DNA of 64,000 nt from a bacterium (GCA_965209155.1 OZ242383.1:3010051-3074050), one strand, 5' to 3'. Shown: positions 9,893-20,122, counted from the stretch's first letter. Numbers and translations are program-made. The notes: a model not told the origin generated them from the letters alone.

Positions 9893-11680
9893 CTAATGCC
9901 CCATTTCTTTCTTCAGCGCACTATCAATCCAGAGGCGGGCCATGAAGGTATTACGTGAGGCCCGTTGCATACCTGATTCACCGAAATAACCCTCGACCCA
10001 CGGCTGGCTCACGTAAAACTTAGGGGCTTGGGGTTTGAGTATGGCATAGTGATCCCTTACCGTTTTCTCATCGGCCTCTCGATGTAAGCTCATCGACTCC
10101 TCCATGGTGGCAGCGACTTTCATGGCGGCAACTATGTCGTGCATTCGCTGGTCCTTCGTTTTGGGCCAATGACCATCGGCGCAATTTGATAAACAATATA
10201 TATCCTTGTTGGGGGCGAACCAGCTATAATACCCAAAATTGTGTAAATCCCACTTCATCGTCGGCCCCCTTCGGGCAGCTCCCTTGTCGGCCGCAGTAAC
10301 CACTTCAATCTCGCTATCAACGCCAATGGCATCGAAGTACGACACGAGTATTTCTGCATAGGTCGTTTCAAACTTTTCCGCACTGCCTAGCTTGACCTTG
10401 AATCTATAGCCGTCGGCGCGGCGTGGATATCCAGCCGCATCAAGGATCTCCTCGGCCCTTTCCGGATTATAGGTATATTCTTGCTTGACCTCGTCCGGCC
10501 AGTCTTCAACTGGCCAGCTCCACCCTTTAGAAGCTTGATTTATTGTCCCATAAAGTGATGTATCTCCAAAACCCTTAAAGAATGAATTGTTGATTGCCTC
10601 GTTGTCCACTGACATCTGCAGTGCCTTGCGCACATTGACGTCTTGCATGAGCTCCGAAGACTGGTTAAAACCGAAAATGTCAATGACAATGGAATAAATG
10701 GTCCACAACTCGATTTCAGGGTTGCTCTTCTGGAGGCTCTCTACATAGTCGGGACTCAGTATATAAGCGTCGCCGGCTTCAGTCAGCAAATCAATCTTAC
10801 CCGTGCGCATTGCCGATATACGTGTCGCTGACTCTGGCATAGCCAGGCTCACCAACTTGTCAGTATAGGGCAGGCGGTTCTCCGGCCATTTTTCGTCGTA
10901 TTTCCAGTAGTTAGGATTCTTCTCCCAGGTTGCCGAGCTGTCCTGGACGTACTCAGTCAGTCGATAGGGCCCGGTGCCGACCGCGTTCCTCCAATCCTGA
11001 GCGTCGCCGAATTTCTCGATTACCTCGGGGGCGTACACAAAAAGGTAGGTGTGGAGCATTTTCCCCAGCACATCGGCGTCAGGCTTTGCCAGCTTAACCT
11101 CAACCGTCCATCTGTCGGTGGCCGTTACCGATTCGTACGAGAGACCATTCGTTATATCCTCAACTTCGGGGCTGATTCCGAGTTCGCTGAATTCACCCAG
11201 ACCCAAATAGCGGTGATAGTTCCATTCGACGTCATAAGCATCGAACTGACGACCGTTCACCGGCTCCTTATTGTCCCAGAAAACGCCCTGGCGGATGTGC
11301 CAGATGAACGTTGTGGGGTCGGGCTGCGACCAGCTTTCCGCCAGACACCCTGTGGTCATCGCTGGGGTCACAAAGTGGTAAAAGTCAGCGGTCTTTTCCC
11401 TGGATAGTCCCCAGTCGGCAAAGGCCAGCTTCTCATTAACACCACTGATGAGGACAGGCGCCCAGCCACCAGCGTACCACACGTCAACACTCTTAGGATA
11501 GCGCTTCATGCCAAACGTGAGTGTCCCGCCATACTCATGCGCAGTCCACGTCTGGCCGGTGGCGGGATCGAACACCGTCTCTTTCTCAGCCGCCACAGTC
11601 GAACTGACCCCGAATGCGACCAACATCAGGATCAGGGTTAACAACAATGATTGGATTTTTCTTGTTTTACTTTTTACCAT
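9893..11680 (-). CDS. ABC transporter substrate-binding protein, family 5 (peptide/nickel type), orphan paralog
   Basis: 595 aa from the ATG at 11680 (MVKSKTRKIQ..., signal peptide, AGGAGG RBS); about 90% identical to 18335..20122. The ORF-track N-terminal extension to 11836 is rejected. Confidence 0.8.
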   Translation of the reverse strand: MVKSKTRKIQSLLLTLILMLVAFGVSSTVAAEKETVFDPATGQTWTAHEYGGTLTFGMKRYPKSVDVWYAGGWAPVLISGVNEKLAFADWGLSREKTADFYHFVTPAMTTGCLAESWSQPDPTTFIWHIRQGVFWDNKEPVNGRQFDAYDVEWNYHRYLGLGEFSELGISPEVEDITNGLSYESVTATDRWTVEVKLAKPDADVLGKMLHTYLFVYAPEVIEKFGDAQDWRNAVGTGPYRLTEYVQDSSATWEKNPNYWKYDEKWPENRLPYTDKLVSLAMPESATRISAMRTGKIDLLTEAGDAYILSPDYVESLQKSNPEIELWTIYSIVIDIFGFNQSSELMQDVNVRKALQMSVDNEAINNSFFKGFGDTSLYGTINQASKGWSWPVEDWPDEVKQEYTYNPERAEEILDAAGYPRRADGYRFKVKLGSAEKFETTYAEILVSYFDAIGVDSEIEVVTAADKGAARRGPTMKWDLHNFGYYSWFAPNKDIYCLSNCADGHWPKTKDQRMHDIVAAMKVAATMEESMSLHREADEKTVRDHYAILKPQAPKFYVSQPWVEGYFGESGMQRASRNTFMARLWIDSALKKEMGH

Positions 11681-11904
11681 GATTCCTCCTATACTTGATT
11701 TGGAATAAAAAGATTCGTACAACCATTGAGCGAATCGGATCCCCGCTCCCCGCTTTCGCGGGAACAAACTTTCGGGGACAAGTTTATGTGCAGCAGACAC
11801 GACATCTGCCACGGTCAGCCCAACAAAACGGGCCAAATATCTCTGTAACTAGTTCGGAAACCCTCTCTTTCATTAAAACAAATTCGCGAAGGCATGATAT
11901 AGCA

Positions 11905-11935
11905 CAATAAAATGCAATGTCAACCCCCTGATGTA
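11905..11935 (-). promoter_or_regulatory. sigma70-like promoter candidate (TTGACA-N16-TATATC) within a conserved ~150-nt upstream module
   Basis: Read on the minus strand; the module is shared with 20290-20460 upstream of the paralogous SBP. Confidence 0.35.
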
Positions 11936-12522
11936 AAATAAATTCGGGATTCGCAAAAATAACAAAAATTCAATAAATCTACTCAAATCCGGGGACAGTC
12001 AGAAGCCGTTCAGTTCAATAACTTTAAAAATGATTCCCGAGGAGGATCCATCACTTCACTTCCTCCCGCACCTATTTTGAATCGAACGGGCGGGAACCCT
12101 CCCAAGATTTTGTTCAATCGATCAAGCGGGAACCCTTCCACAGTTAATTTTGAATCAAACGAGCGGAAGTCCTCTCCTTCCCTGAAACAACAAGGCACGA
12201 TTTCAGCACTACTACGCGGCGCAAAGCCTATAGCAAGTTTGGATCAGGAGAATTGCGCAACAAAGGAGGTCAGCTATAAAAAAATATTTTACGGTCCATC
12301 TTCGGCATGAGCCAAAAAGCGAATGTTCGCTCCACAATCCAGCGTTTTTCCAGAGGATGGATATCTTGATCACTTTTTCTGCCACCAAAATTGGCAAGGA
12401 AAGGGAGTGTGTTCATTATTGATAAAGAAACAGCGGGTGTTATAAAGGCACCGCCCGCTGACCTGAGAACCCCTAGATCTACCCCCTTCTTCAGAAGAGG
12501 GATACGAGTCCGGTTGCCTGGA

Positions 12523-13314
12523 TTACTGCAATTTGTACATGAACCCGCCGCCCACCTCCATAGTTTCGCCAGTAATGTAGCGGGCGTCCTCGGAACAAAG
12601 GAAGAGGATCATCTTGGCCACATCCACGCCTTGAAGTTGGCCCTTGAGGATTTGCAAATGCTCGCGTAGTCCTTCGAGCCAATGATGGCCCTGTTTGTTC
12701 ACAATGAGTTGCGGCCGAATGGCATTTACCCGGATGTTGTCGGGTCCCCCCATACTCGCCGTGATACGGGTCAACCCCTCGAGTCCGGCTTTGGAGGCGT
12801 AATAACTTGATACGTCGAAGCCTCCTCCAATTTCCAGGAGTTTCGGGGTGAAGCCGCCGCCCGCCGCTCCGGAGGAGATGTTGATAATCGCTCCGCCACC
12901 GCCGGATACCATCTGCGGCCACACGGCTCGCGTCATGTAGAAGGAGCCTGTCAAGTTGACGCGGATCACACGATCCCAGGTCTGATTGTCTTCCAATCGC
13001 ATCAATTCCCCGGCTTTGCCGCCGAGAGCCCCGCCCCCGGCGTTGTTCACCAGTATGTCGACCCCGCCGTATCGTTCGACGACTTGCGCGACAGCCTCCT
13101 CGACGGCGAGGTGATTGCTCACATCGCAGGAGAAGAAGGTGGCCTCACCACCGGCCCCTCGAATCTCGTCTTGCACGGCCTGGCCTTTTTCCTGCCTGCG
13201 GGCCAGTAGGGCAACCTTGGCGCCCTCGCCGGCGAGGACCTTGCCGGTGGCTTCGCCGATGCCACTGTTGCCGCCGGTCACAATGGCGATTTTGTCTTCA
13301 AGTTTTTTTATCAT
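12523..13314 (-). CDS. SDR-family oxidoreductase
   Basis: TGGNSGIG Rossmann motif; YxxxK region. Confidence 0.85.
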   Translation of the reverse strand: MIKKLEDKIAIVTGGNSGIGEATGKVLAGEGAKVALLARRQEKGQAVQDEIRGAGGEATFFSCDVSNHLAVEEAVAQVVERYGGVDILVNNAGGGALGGKAGELMRLEDNQTWDRVIRVNLTGSFYMTRAVWPQMVSGGGGAIINISSGAAGGGFTPKLLEIGGGFDVSSYYASKAGLEGLTRITASMGGPDNIRVNAIRPQLIVNKQGHHWLEGLREHLQILKGQLQGVDVAKMILFLCSEDARYITGETMEVGGGFMYKLQ

Positions 13315-13332
13315 TTCCTCTAATTTCTCCTT

Positions 13333-13638
13333 TCATAAAGGTGAGATAACAAATTCCTGGGCAGACTGACTGAATATACCCCATAGTAAAATCAAAATTT
13401 CATAAGACAATAGCATATGAAAAATAGATATGGAGAGACGGTTGATTAATTGTCTTTTTTCACTTTTTCCCATAGATTCAAGTTCCTCCGCAATATGCTC
13501 ACTATCAATATCAGAAACTTTATGTTCACGTAACAGTTGAGCATTTTTCATAAGCCAAGAATAGAAATCTTTATCATACTCACTATGGGAAAGCATTTGA
13601 ACCAGATGGATTAGTGATTGTCGGGCCTCCTTCCTCAA
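13333..13638 (-). CDS. DUF29-family protein, probably C-terminally truncated or divergent
   Basis: DFYSW...LLREHK...IDSEHIAEELESMGKSEKRQL pattern of DUF29. The last ~35 residues are hydrophobic and unlike the family. Confidence 0.5.
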   Translation of the reverse strand: MRKEARQSLIHLVQMLSHSEYDKDFYSWLMKNAQLLREHKVSDIDSEHIAEELESMGKSEKRQLINRLSISIFHMLLSYEILILLWGIFSQSAQEFVISPL

Positions 13639-13922
13639 TAAAGCTTGGTGTCGATTGATCGTCTTACCCCGAGAATATAAAGATGATCACGACCCGCTCC
13701 TTCAATTCAATCGAGAAAATAAAAGACAAGTTGGTAAGCACGAGCCAGCCGATTGGTGTGGCGATCAAACTCCTGACGGGTCACCGTTTTGCCTTCGTGC
13801 GCGATACAAGGCCGGTCAGGATCTTCTATCGCCCGTTGGGAGATGAGCCGGCTGATCGACATAATGGTCATTGATAGATGTCTCCTTATAAAAATGTTTT
13901 TTAGGACCTTTCTCAAGAATAT

Positions 13923-14837
13923 TCATGATCCCACCAGCAGTTTCATCAGCCGGTCCATGGTCGCCGAGTTGATGCCGATGTGACGCAGATACGCCTCGGT
14001 GGTGCCGTAGTGGACTTGGATCATAAAGAGCAGCAGGAGCATCGTCTCGGCCGGGCAGAACTGCCGTTGATAATCGAGGTATTCTTTGATCGGGGGCTGA
14101 ATGATCGTTGGATCCTGGAGGCCTTCCGGATCGTGTACGCTCAAGAGTCCAGCAGTGTTATTGCGCGCAGTGTGCGTATAATCTGCCGCAATGACGGCAT
14201 CGTCAACGCCGGACAGAGATTGTAACAGGGCGGCAACCACACCGGTTCTGTCCTTGCCGCCGACACAGTGAAAGACAGCAGGGGTTGCGTTGACGGCACT
14301 GAGCGCCTCGATGACTGCTCTGAGTTGTACTTGGCACTCGACGAGCCATTTCCAATATTTACGCACATTGAGATAGACCGGCAACTCCAGTAACCCGTCC
14401 GGACTTTTGGACTGATACCACTCCCCTTCACCCGACGACGGTTCCCGCAGGGTGCTGAGAAAGTCAATCAGGGTGCCGAGAAAGTCAATATGGAGATAGC
14501 AGATGCTGCTGTGAGAGCGAAAAGGGTTGGGCGTACTCGTCACCTCTGAGTCGGACCGTAAATCGATGACGGTCCGGATCCCCAAATCCTCCAACGCGTT
14601 CACCCCTTCGGGGTTGAGCCAACCGAGGTTATCGGCACGATACACAACATGCTGCTTTGTCTGCTGGCCGTTCGCCCGGCGTAAACCACCGAGGTCCCGC
14701 ATATTGTATATCCCCGAAACGGTCACGTGCCGGGGGGCAATAATGGCTTCATAGGAAGGTATCATAATGTCCTCATACTTCTCCACCTTCGATTTGATGG
14801 CGTGGGTTAAGAAGGCTGAAAATATCATCCTCCCCAA
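13923..14837 (-). CDS. protein-tyrosine phosphatase (Y_phosphatase3-like, CX5R)
   Basis: HCVGGKDRTG active-site loop; N-terminal NMRDLGG motif. The true start may be an internal Met near 14765. Confidence 0.7.
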   Translation of the reverse strand: MGRMIFSAFLTHAIKSKVEKYEDIMIPSYEAIIAPRHVTVSGIYNMRDLGGLRRANGQQTKQHVVYRADNLGWLNPEGVNALEDLGIRTVIDLRSDSEVTSTPNPFRSHSSICYLHIDFLGTLIDFLSTLREPSSGEGEWYQSKSPDGLLELPVYLNVRKYWKWLVECQVQLRAVIEALSAVNATPAVFHCVGGKDRTGVVAALLQSLSGVDDAVIAADYTHTARNNTAGLLSVHDPEGLQDPTIIQPPIKEYLDYQRQFCPAETMLLLLFMIQVHYGTTEAYLRHIGINSATMDRLMKLLVGS

Positions 14838-14929
14838 ATGATCGGATCCTGCCTCTATTACAGGTTCTTAGCGTAGAGTTCCTCATGAGGCAATAGCGGT
14901 CAACGGTGAACCGCTCAAACAAGCTCCAT

Positions 14930-15808
14930 CTAGACGACAATGACGGGGTTTTCCAGCGTCCCGATTCCCGCAATCGTGATGCTGATCACATCGCCTTGCT
15001 GAAGGGTGAATCCAGACGGGGGATGACAATCACATCCGGTGAGTACTGTCGTCAAGTCGGGCATGGCGTTGGAACGTTGGATCCAGTCGGCCAGTTGGAC
15101 GCAACTGCGGGCCAAATGGGACGTGGAGCTCTCGCCGTGCCACACTACTTCGTTGTCACGTCTGGTAGAGCAGCGTAAATCCAGGTTCTCAGGGGTTTGG
15201 ATCGATTCCGCAGTCACGAAGCAGGGCCCGATGGCGCAGCTCTGATTATAGACTTTGGCCTGGGGCTGGTAATACGTATTTTCTCCCTCGATGGAGATGG
15301 CGCTCATGTCGTTGGCGACGGTGTAGCCAATGATCTCCCCCTGGTAGAGCACAAAGGCGAGTTCAGGCTCCGGGATGTTGACCGCGCTGTCCTCCCGGAT
15401 TCCAACGGATTCAAAGGGGCCTACACATCGTTGGGGCGTTGCCTTGAAGAAAAGCATCGGGCGCTCTGCCTTATAGATCTTGATGTAACTTTCTGAGGCC
15501 TTGCTCAGGTCTTTGTTATAGGTCGCGCCGGCACCCCACACTTCCGGAGGGTCGAAGGGACGAGCCAGTCGCAGATCGCTTTTTTCATCCAAGACCTCCT
15601 CCATTTTCAGGATTTGGGGCTGGCCGGATGCGATGATCCGTTCTGCAATCTGGTCTATGCTGACTCCGGAGAGGGATGCGGCCCGAGCAATGACTTCCAG
15701 GCCTGACAGATTTTCATCCACCGAAGTCAAGTCGGCGAGGAGGCCTTCCTCTTGTTCCACGGCAAATCGAGGGCTGCCATTTGCTGAAATGAGTTTGTAA
15801 TATTTCAT
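14930..15808 (-). CDS. fumarylacetoacetate hydrolase (FAH) family protein, copy 2
   Basis: Differs by a few residues from 8524..9402. Confidence 0.7.
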   Translation of the reverse strand: MKYYKLISANGSPRFAVEQEEGLLADLTSVDENLSGLEVIARAASLSGVSIDQIAERIIASGQPQILKMEEVLDEKSDLRLARPFDPPEVWGAGATYNKDLSKASESYIKIYKAERPMLFFKATPQRCVGPFESVGIREDSAVNIPEPELAFVLYQGEIIGYTVANDMSAISIEGENTYYQPQAKVYNQSCAIGPCFVTAESIQTPENLDLRCSTRRDNEVVWHGESSTSHLARSCVQLADWIQRSNAMPDLTTVLTGCDCHPPSGFTLQQGDVISITIAGIGTLENPVIVV

Positions 15809-15879
15809 ATTTTCCTTTCATTTTATCTGATGAAACCACGTCCTTTGGGCGGGGAGGCCTAGTTGTGGTCAGAGACAAT

Positions 15880-16045
15880 CGGTTCTGCCAAAAACGTGCA
15901 CTTGTTCGTAATCGTGCACGTGCACGTGATCGATAGAATCGTTCCCGATTCCCTTGAGATGGAGATTCCGAATAGAAGAGACGGCAGGGAATCCAGGATT
16001 CTCTGGGATGCCATTTCGTTCACGAGCACGATCACGAGCCGCCCC
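15880..16045. repeat. MITE-like element, second copy
   Basis: Same structure as 9480-9650; lies at the right end of the 1.15-kb duplicated segment. Confidence 0.6.
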
Positions 16046-16175
16046 TTCCAGGGGCCCATCAAAATCACCTTCTAAGAAGGTGGATTCTTTTCTTATCTTT
16101 TTAAATCCCGAACACCTATGACGATTTAACATTGTGGAAAAAGTTAAGCAAGTATTTTTACAATTTTTGCTGCGC

Positions 16176-17159
16176 TTACCACCTGAAAGGGTTGATCAGT
16201 CGGGCGAGGAGGCCGCGTTTGCGTTTCCCCGTGATGCCGTAACTGCCTTGTCCGCCTCGCAGCCGGGGATCGAGCAGGTCTCTGATGGCGTCGCCGAACA
16301 TGTTGAGCGCGTAGACGGCAATCGTCAAGCAAAGACCGGGCCAGAGCGCCAGCCAGGGGGCCATCTCCATGTACCGGCGCCCTTCCCGGCTGAGCATCCC
16401 TCCCCAGTCAGGAATGTTGGGTGGCAGACCGTATCCGAGGAAGCCCAGGGAAGCCAAAGTCATAATCACCCCCCCGATGTTAATGGAAAAGATAATGATG
16501 ACCGGTGGCATAATATTGGGCAGGACATGACGGTTGAGGATTTGGCTGGTCGAGGTACCCACGGCCTGGGCTGCCAGAAAATAGTCATTCTCTTTAATGG
16601 CGATCACCGCACTCCGCACGACGCGGGAGCCTTCGACGCCACCGGCGATCCCCAGCACCAGGATGATCTGGAGCAACCCTTGTCCTACGACGGACACGAG
16701 GGTCAACAGCAACAGCAGCCCCGGAAAGGCGATCCAGGCATCGACAAAACGCTGGACCGCCAGGTCCACTTTACCCTCGAGGAATCCTGAAATACCGCCG
16801 ATGAGGACCGCGAAAACCACGTTGAGCGTAGTCGCGGCCAGGCCGACAAGGACGGAGATACGCGCCCCGTAAATCAGGCGGCTGAATAAGTCTCGTCCTA
16901 TGTGGTCGGTACCCAGCAGATACGTGGCTGATGGGGTCTGCAGCCTGTCCATCAGGTGTGCTTCCTTATGGGGATAAGGCGCCAGCGCATCGGCAAAGAT
17001 CGCCACTAAAATCAAGAGCAAGATGATGATCCCGCAGACAGTACCGAGTGGCTTCTCCTTGAGAAACCTGATCCAGAAAGCCGCAAACCGGCTTCGTCGC
17101 TTCGGCTCACGGACTGCGGATGTTGTCTCTATGGTGTCGCTCATGTCCTTAATTTCCAT
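16176..17159 (-). CDS. ABC transporter permease (DppC/OppC-like), cassette 1
   Basis: 327 aa, multi-TM, EAA-loop region; paralogs at 24041 and 31738. Confidence 0.85.
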   Translation of the reverse strand: MEIKDMSDTIETTSAVREPKRRSRFAAFWIRFLKEKPLGTVCGIIILLLILVAIFADALAPYPHKEAHLMDRLQTPSATYLLGTDHIGRDLFSRLIYGARISVLVGLAATTLNVVFAVLIGGISGFLEGKVDLAVQRFVDAWIAFPGLLLLLTLVSVVGQGLLQIILVLGIAGGVEGSRVVRSAVIAIKENDYFLAAQAVGTSTSQILNRHVLPNIMPPVIIIFSINIGGVIMTLASLGFLGYGLPPNIPDWGGMLSREGRRYMEMAPWLALWPGLCLTIAVYALNMFGDAIRDLLDPRLRGGQGSYGITGKRKRGLLARLINPFRW

Positions 17160-17240
17160 CGGTAGGGCCGGGTCACGTCCCGGCCTAAGAAACGCATCGC
17201 ATGCAATGGCCGGGACGTGACCCGGCCCTACCGTTTTCTA
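17160..17240. repeat. perfect ~26-bp inverted repeat (long hairpin) between permease genes
   Basis: cggtagggccgggtcacgtcccggcc - 21 nt loop - ggccgggacgtgacccggccctaccg. Confidence 0.7.
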
Positions 17241-17268
17241 ACACCTAATACCATTGTCGCGCCAGCGA

Positions 17269-18273
17269 CTATCTATACTGAACCCTGGGGTCCAGGAGAG
17301 CATAAATCAGGTCGATGAAGAGATTGATCCCCACCACCCCGGTGGCGAAAAACAGGTTGATTCCCTGGACCGCCGGGTAGTCTCTGCTCTCGATGGCATC
17401 CAGGTACAAACGACCGATCCCCGGCAGAACAAATATTTCTTCCATGATAACGGAGCCCCCGATCAGGAGGGGCAAGCGCAGGCCTATCAGGGTAACTATC
17501 GGGATGAAAGCATTCTTGATGGCGTGCCGGATCACCACGACCTGCTCCTTGAGCCCTTTGGACCAGGCGGTGCGGATGTAGTCCTGCCTTAAGACCTCCA
17601 GCATCATGGTGCGTGTCATCCGCATGGTCTCGGCAGCCATGGCCGTCCCCAGAATCACGCTGGGAATGAGGAACATCACCAGGTTCCCCAGCGGGTCTTC
17701 GACAAGAGGGATATACTTTACCGATGGCGCCCAGCCCCACCAGATGGCCGGGTAGAGGACGACCATAATGGCCAGCCAGAAGTTAGGCGTGGCCAGGCCG
17801 ATGATGGCGATGGAGCGCCCCAGGTAGTCGGTGGCCGTATCCTGGCGAATCGCCGAGTAGATGCCCACCGGTAGCGCGATCACCAACCCGATCACGATGG
17901 CCATGAGACCCAGCTCAAGGGTGACCGGCAATCTCTCTAATACCTGATCCTCTATCGACAAATGGGTGGCATACAGTGATTTGCCAAGGGTGCCCTGGAG
18001 GATACCGCTGAATTGCGACTCACCGGTCTTCCAGTCAGGGGTCGGCAACACTCCTATCCAGCGTCCGTACTGTACGTGCGCAGGCACGTCTAATCCCAAC
18101 ACACGCTCAAGCTGTTCACGGTTTGTATAGCCACCACCCCATCCGTGCATCTTAGCTACCATGATGTCGACGATATCGCCGGGGATGAAGCGCACCGAGA
18201 AAAAGACCAGGATACTCAGGAGAAACAGGGTCGGGATCATGAGCAATAACCGCCTGATGAAATAGGTTCTCAT
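17269..18273 (-). CDS. ABC transporter permease (DppB/OppB-like), cassette 1
   Basis: Starts MRTYFIRRLL at 18273 after a GGGAGGGGG RBS. The ORF-track extension to 18318 is rejected. Confidence 0.85.
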   Translation of the reverse strand: MRTYFIRRLLLMIPTLFLLSILVFFSVRFIPGDIVDIMVAKMHGWGGGYTNREQLERVLGLDVPAHVQYGRWIGVLPTPDWKTGESQFSGILQGTLGKSLYATHLSIEDQVLERLPVTLELGLMAIVIGLVIALPVGIYSAIRQDTATDYLGRSIAIIGLATPNFWLAIMVVLYPAIWWGWAPSVKYIPLVEDPLGNLVMFLIPSVILGTAMAAETMRMTRTMMLEVLRQDYIRTAWSKGLKEQVVVIRHAIKNAFIPIVTLIGLRLPLLIGGSVIMEEIFVLPGIGRLYLDAIESRDYPAVQGINLFFATGVVGINLFIDLIYALLDPRVQYR

Positions 18274-18282
18274 GGGAAACCC

Positions 18283-18312
18283 CCTCCCTAACCCCTCCCG
18301 CCAGGGGAGGGG
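18283..18312 (-). terminator. intercistronic GC-rich stem-loop (cccctccc-gcca-gggagggg) between SBP and permease
   Basis: Perfect 8-9 bp GC stem; a copy sits in the fragment at 9840-9870. Confidence 0.4.
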
Positions 18313-18334
18313 AAACAAGGTTTTAACATAGCTT

Positions 18335-20122
18335 CTAATGCCCCATTTCTTCCTTCAGCGCACTATCAATCCAGAGGCGGGCCATGAAGGTATTACGTGA
18401 GGCTCGTTGCATGCCTGCTTCACCGAAATAACCCTCGACCCACGGCTGGCTCACGTAAAACTTAGGGGATTTGGGTTTGATGATGGCGTAGTGCTCCCTT
18501 ACCGTTTTCTCATCGGCCTCACGATGTAAGCTCATCCACTCCTCCATGGTGGCAGCGACTTTCATGGCGGCAACTATGTCGTGCATTCGCTGGTCCTGAG
18601 TTTTGGGCCAATGACCATCTGCGCAATTTGATAAACAATATATATCCTTGTTGGGGGCGAACCAGCTATACGCCAAAAAATTGTGTAAATCCCACTTCAT
18701 CGTCGGCCCCCTTGCGGCAGCTCCCGCCTCGGCCTCAGTAACCACTTCAATCTCGCTATCAACGCCAATGGCATCGAAGTACGACATGAGTATTTCTCCA
18801 TAGGTCGTTTCAACCCTTTCCGAACTGCCTAGCTTGACCTTGAATCTATAGCCGTCGGCGCCTCGTGGATACCCAGCCGCATCAAGGAGTTCCTCGGCCC
18901 TTTCCGGATTATAGGTATATTCTTGCTTGACCTCGTCCGGCCATTCTTCAACTGGCCAGTTCCACCCTTTAGAAGCTTGACTTATATACCCATAAAGTGC
19001 TGTACTTCCATAACCCTTAAAGAAGGAATTGTTGATTGCCTCGTTGTCCACTGCCATCTGCAGTGCCTTGCGCACATTGACGTCCTGCATGAGCTCTGAA
19101 GACTGGTTAAAACCATAAAGGTTCTGGGCAATGGAATAAACGGGAAACACATCGATTTCAGGGTTGGTGCGCTGGAGAGCATCTACATAGTCGGGACTCA
19201 GAATATAAGCGTCGCCGGTTTCAGTCAGCATATCAATCTTACCCGTGCGCATTGCCGATAGACGTGTCGCTGACTCTGGCATAGCCAGGCTCACCAACTT
19301 GTCAATATAGGGCAGGCGGTTCTCCGGCCATTTTTCGTCGTATTTCCAGTAGTCAGGATTCTTCTCCCAGGTTGCCGAGCTGTCCTGGACGTGATCAGTC
19401 AGTCGATAGGGCCCGGTGCCGACCGCGTTCCTCCAATCCTGAGCGTCGCCGTATTTCTCGATTACCTCGGGAGCGTACATAAACGTGTAGGTGTGGAGCA
19501 TTTTCCCCAGCACATCGGCGTCAGGCCTCGCCAGCTTAACCACAACCGTCCATTTGTCGGTGGCCGTTACCGATTCGTACGTAAGACCATTCGTGATATC
19601 CTCAACTTCGGGGCTGATTCCAAGTTCGCTGAAATCACCCAGACCCAAATAGCGGTGATAGTTCCATTCGACGTCATAAGCATCGAACTGACGACCGTTC
19701 ACCGGCTCCTTATTGTCCCAGAAAACGCCCTGGCGGATGTGCCAGATGAACGTTGTGGGGTCGGGCTGCGACCAGCTTTCCGCCAGACACCCTGTGGTCA
19801 TCTCTGGGGTCACAACGACGTAAAAGTCAGCACTCTTATCCCTGGATAGTCCCCAGTCGGCGAAGGCCAGCTTCTCATTAACACCACTGATGAAGTGAGG
19901 CGCCCAGCCACCCGCGTACCACACGTCAGCACTCTTGGGATAGCGCTTCGTGCCAAAGGTGAGTGTCCCGCCATACTCATGGGCCGTCCACGTCTGGCCG
20001 GTGGCGGGATCGAACACCGTCTCTTTCTCAGCCGCCACGACTGAACTGACCCCGAATGCGACCAACATCAGGATCAGGGTTAACAACAATGATTGAATTT
20101 TTCTTGTATTACTTTTTACCAT
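18335..20122 (-). CDS. ABC transporter substrate-binding protein, family 5, cassette 1
   Basis: 595 aa, signal peptide, AGGAGG RBS. Confidence 0.85.
   Translation of the reverse strand: MVKSNTRKIQSLLLTLILMLVAFGVSSVVAAEKETVFDPATGQTWTAHEYGGTLTFGTKRYPKSADVWYAGGWAPHFISGVNEKLAFADWGLSRDKSADFYVVVTPEMTTGCLAESWSQPDPTTFIWHIRQGVFWDNKEPVNGRQFDAYDVEWNYHRYLGLGDFSELGISPEVEDITNGLTYESVTATDKWTVVVKLARPDADVLGKMLHTYTFMYAPEVIEKYGDAQDWRNAVGTGPYRLTDHVQDSSATWEKNPDYWKYDEKWPENRLPYIDKLVSLAMPESATRLSAMRTGKIDMLTETGDAYILSPDYVDALQRTNPEIDVFPVYSIAQNLYGFNQSSELMQDVNVRKALQMAVDNEAINNSFFKGYGSTALYGYISQASKGWNWPVEEWPDEVKQEYTYNPERAEELLDAAGYPRGADGYRFKVKLGSSERVETTYGEILMSYFDAIGVDSEIEVVTEAEAGAAARGPTMKWDLHNFLAYSWFAPNKDIYCLSNCADGHWPKTQDQRMHDIVAAMKVAATMEEWMSLHREADEKTVREHYAIIKPKSPKFYVSQPWVEGYFGEAGMQRASRNTFMARLWIDSALKEEMGH

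Noticed and set aside
11681-11836. 52-codon upstream extension of SBP 9893..11680 (MARFVGLT...)
   Set aside because: The paralog starts at the corresponding MVKS Met with an AGGAGG RBS. The extension covers the conserved noncoding leader and repeat.
16134-16790. 218-aa plus-strand ORF
   Set aside because: Antisense to the well-supported DppC-like permease 16176..17159. Low-complexity Pro/Gly/Gln-rich translation.
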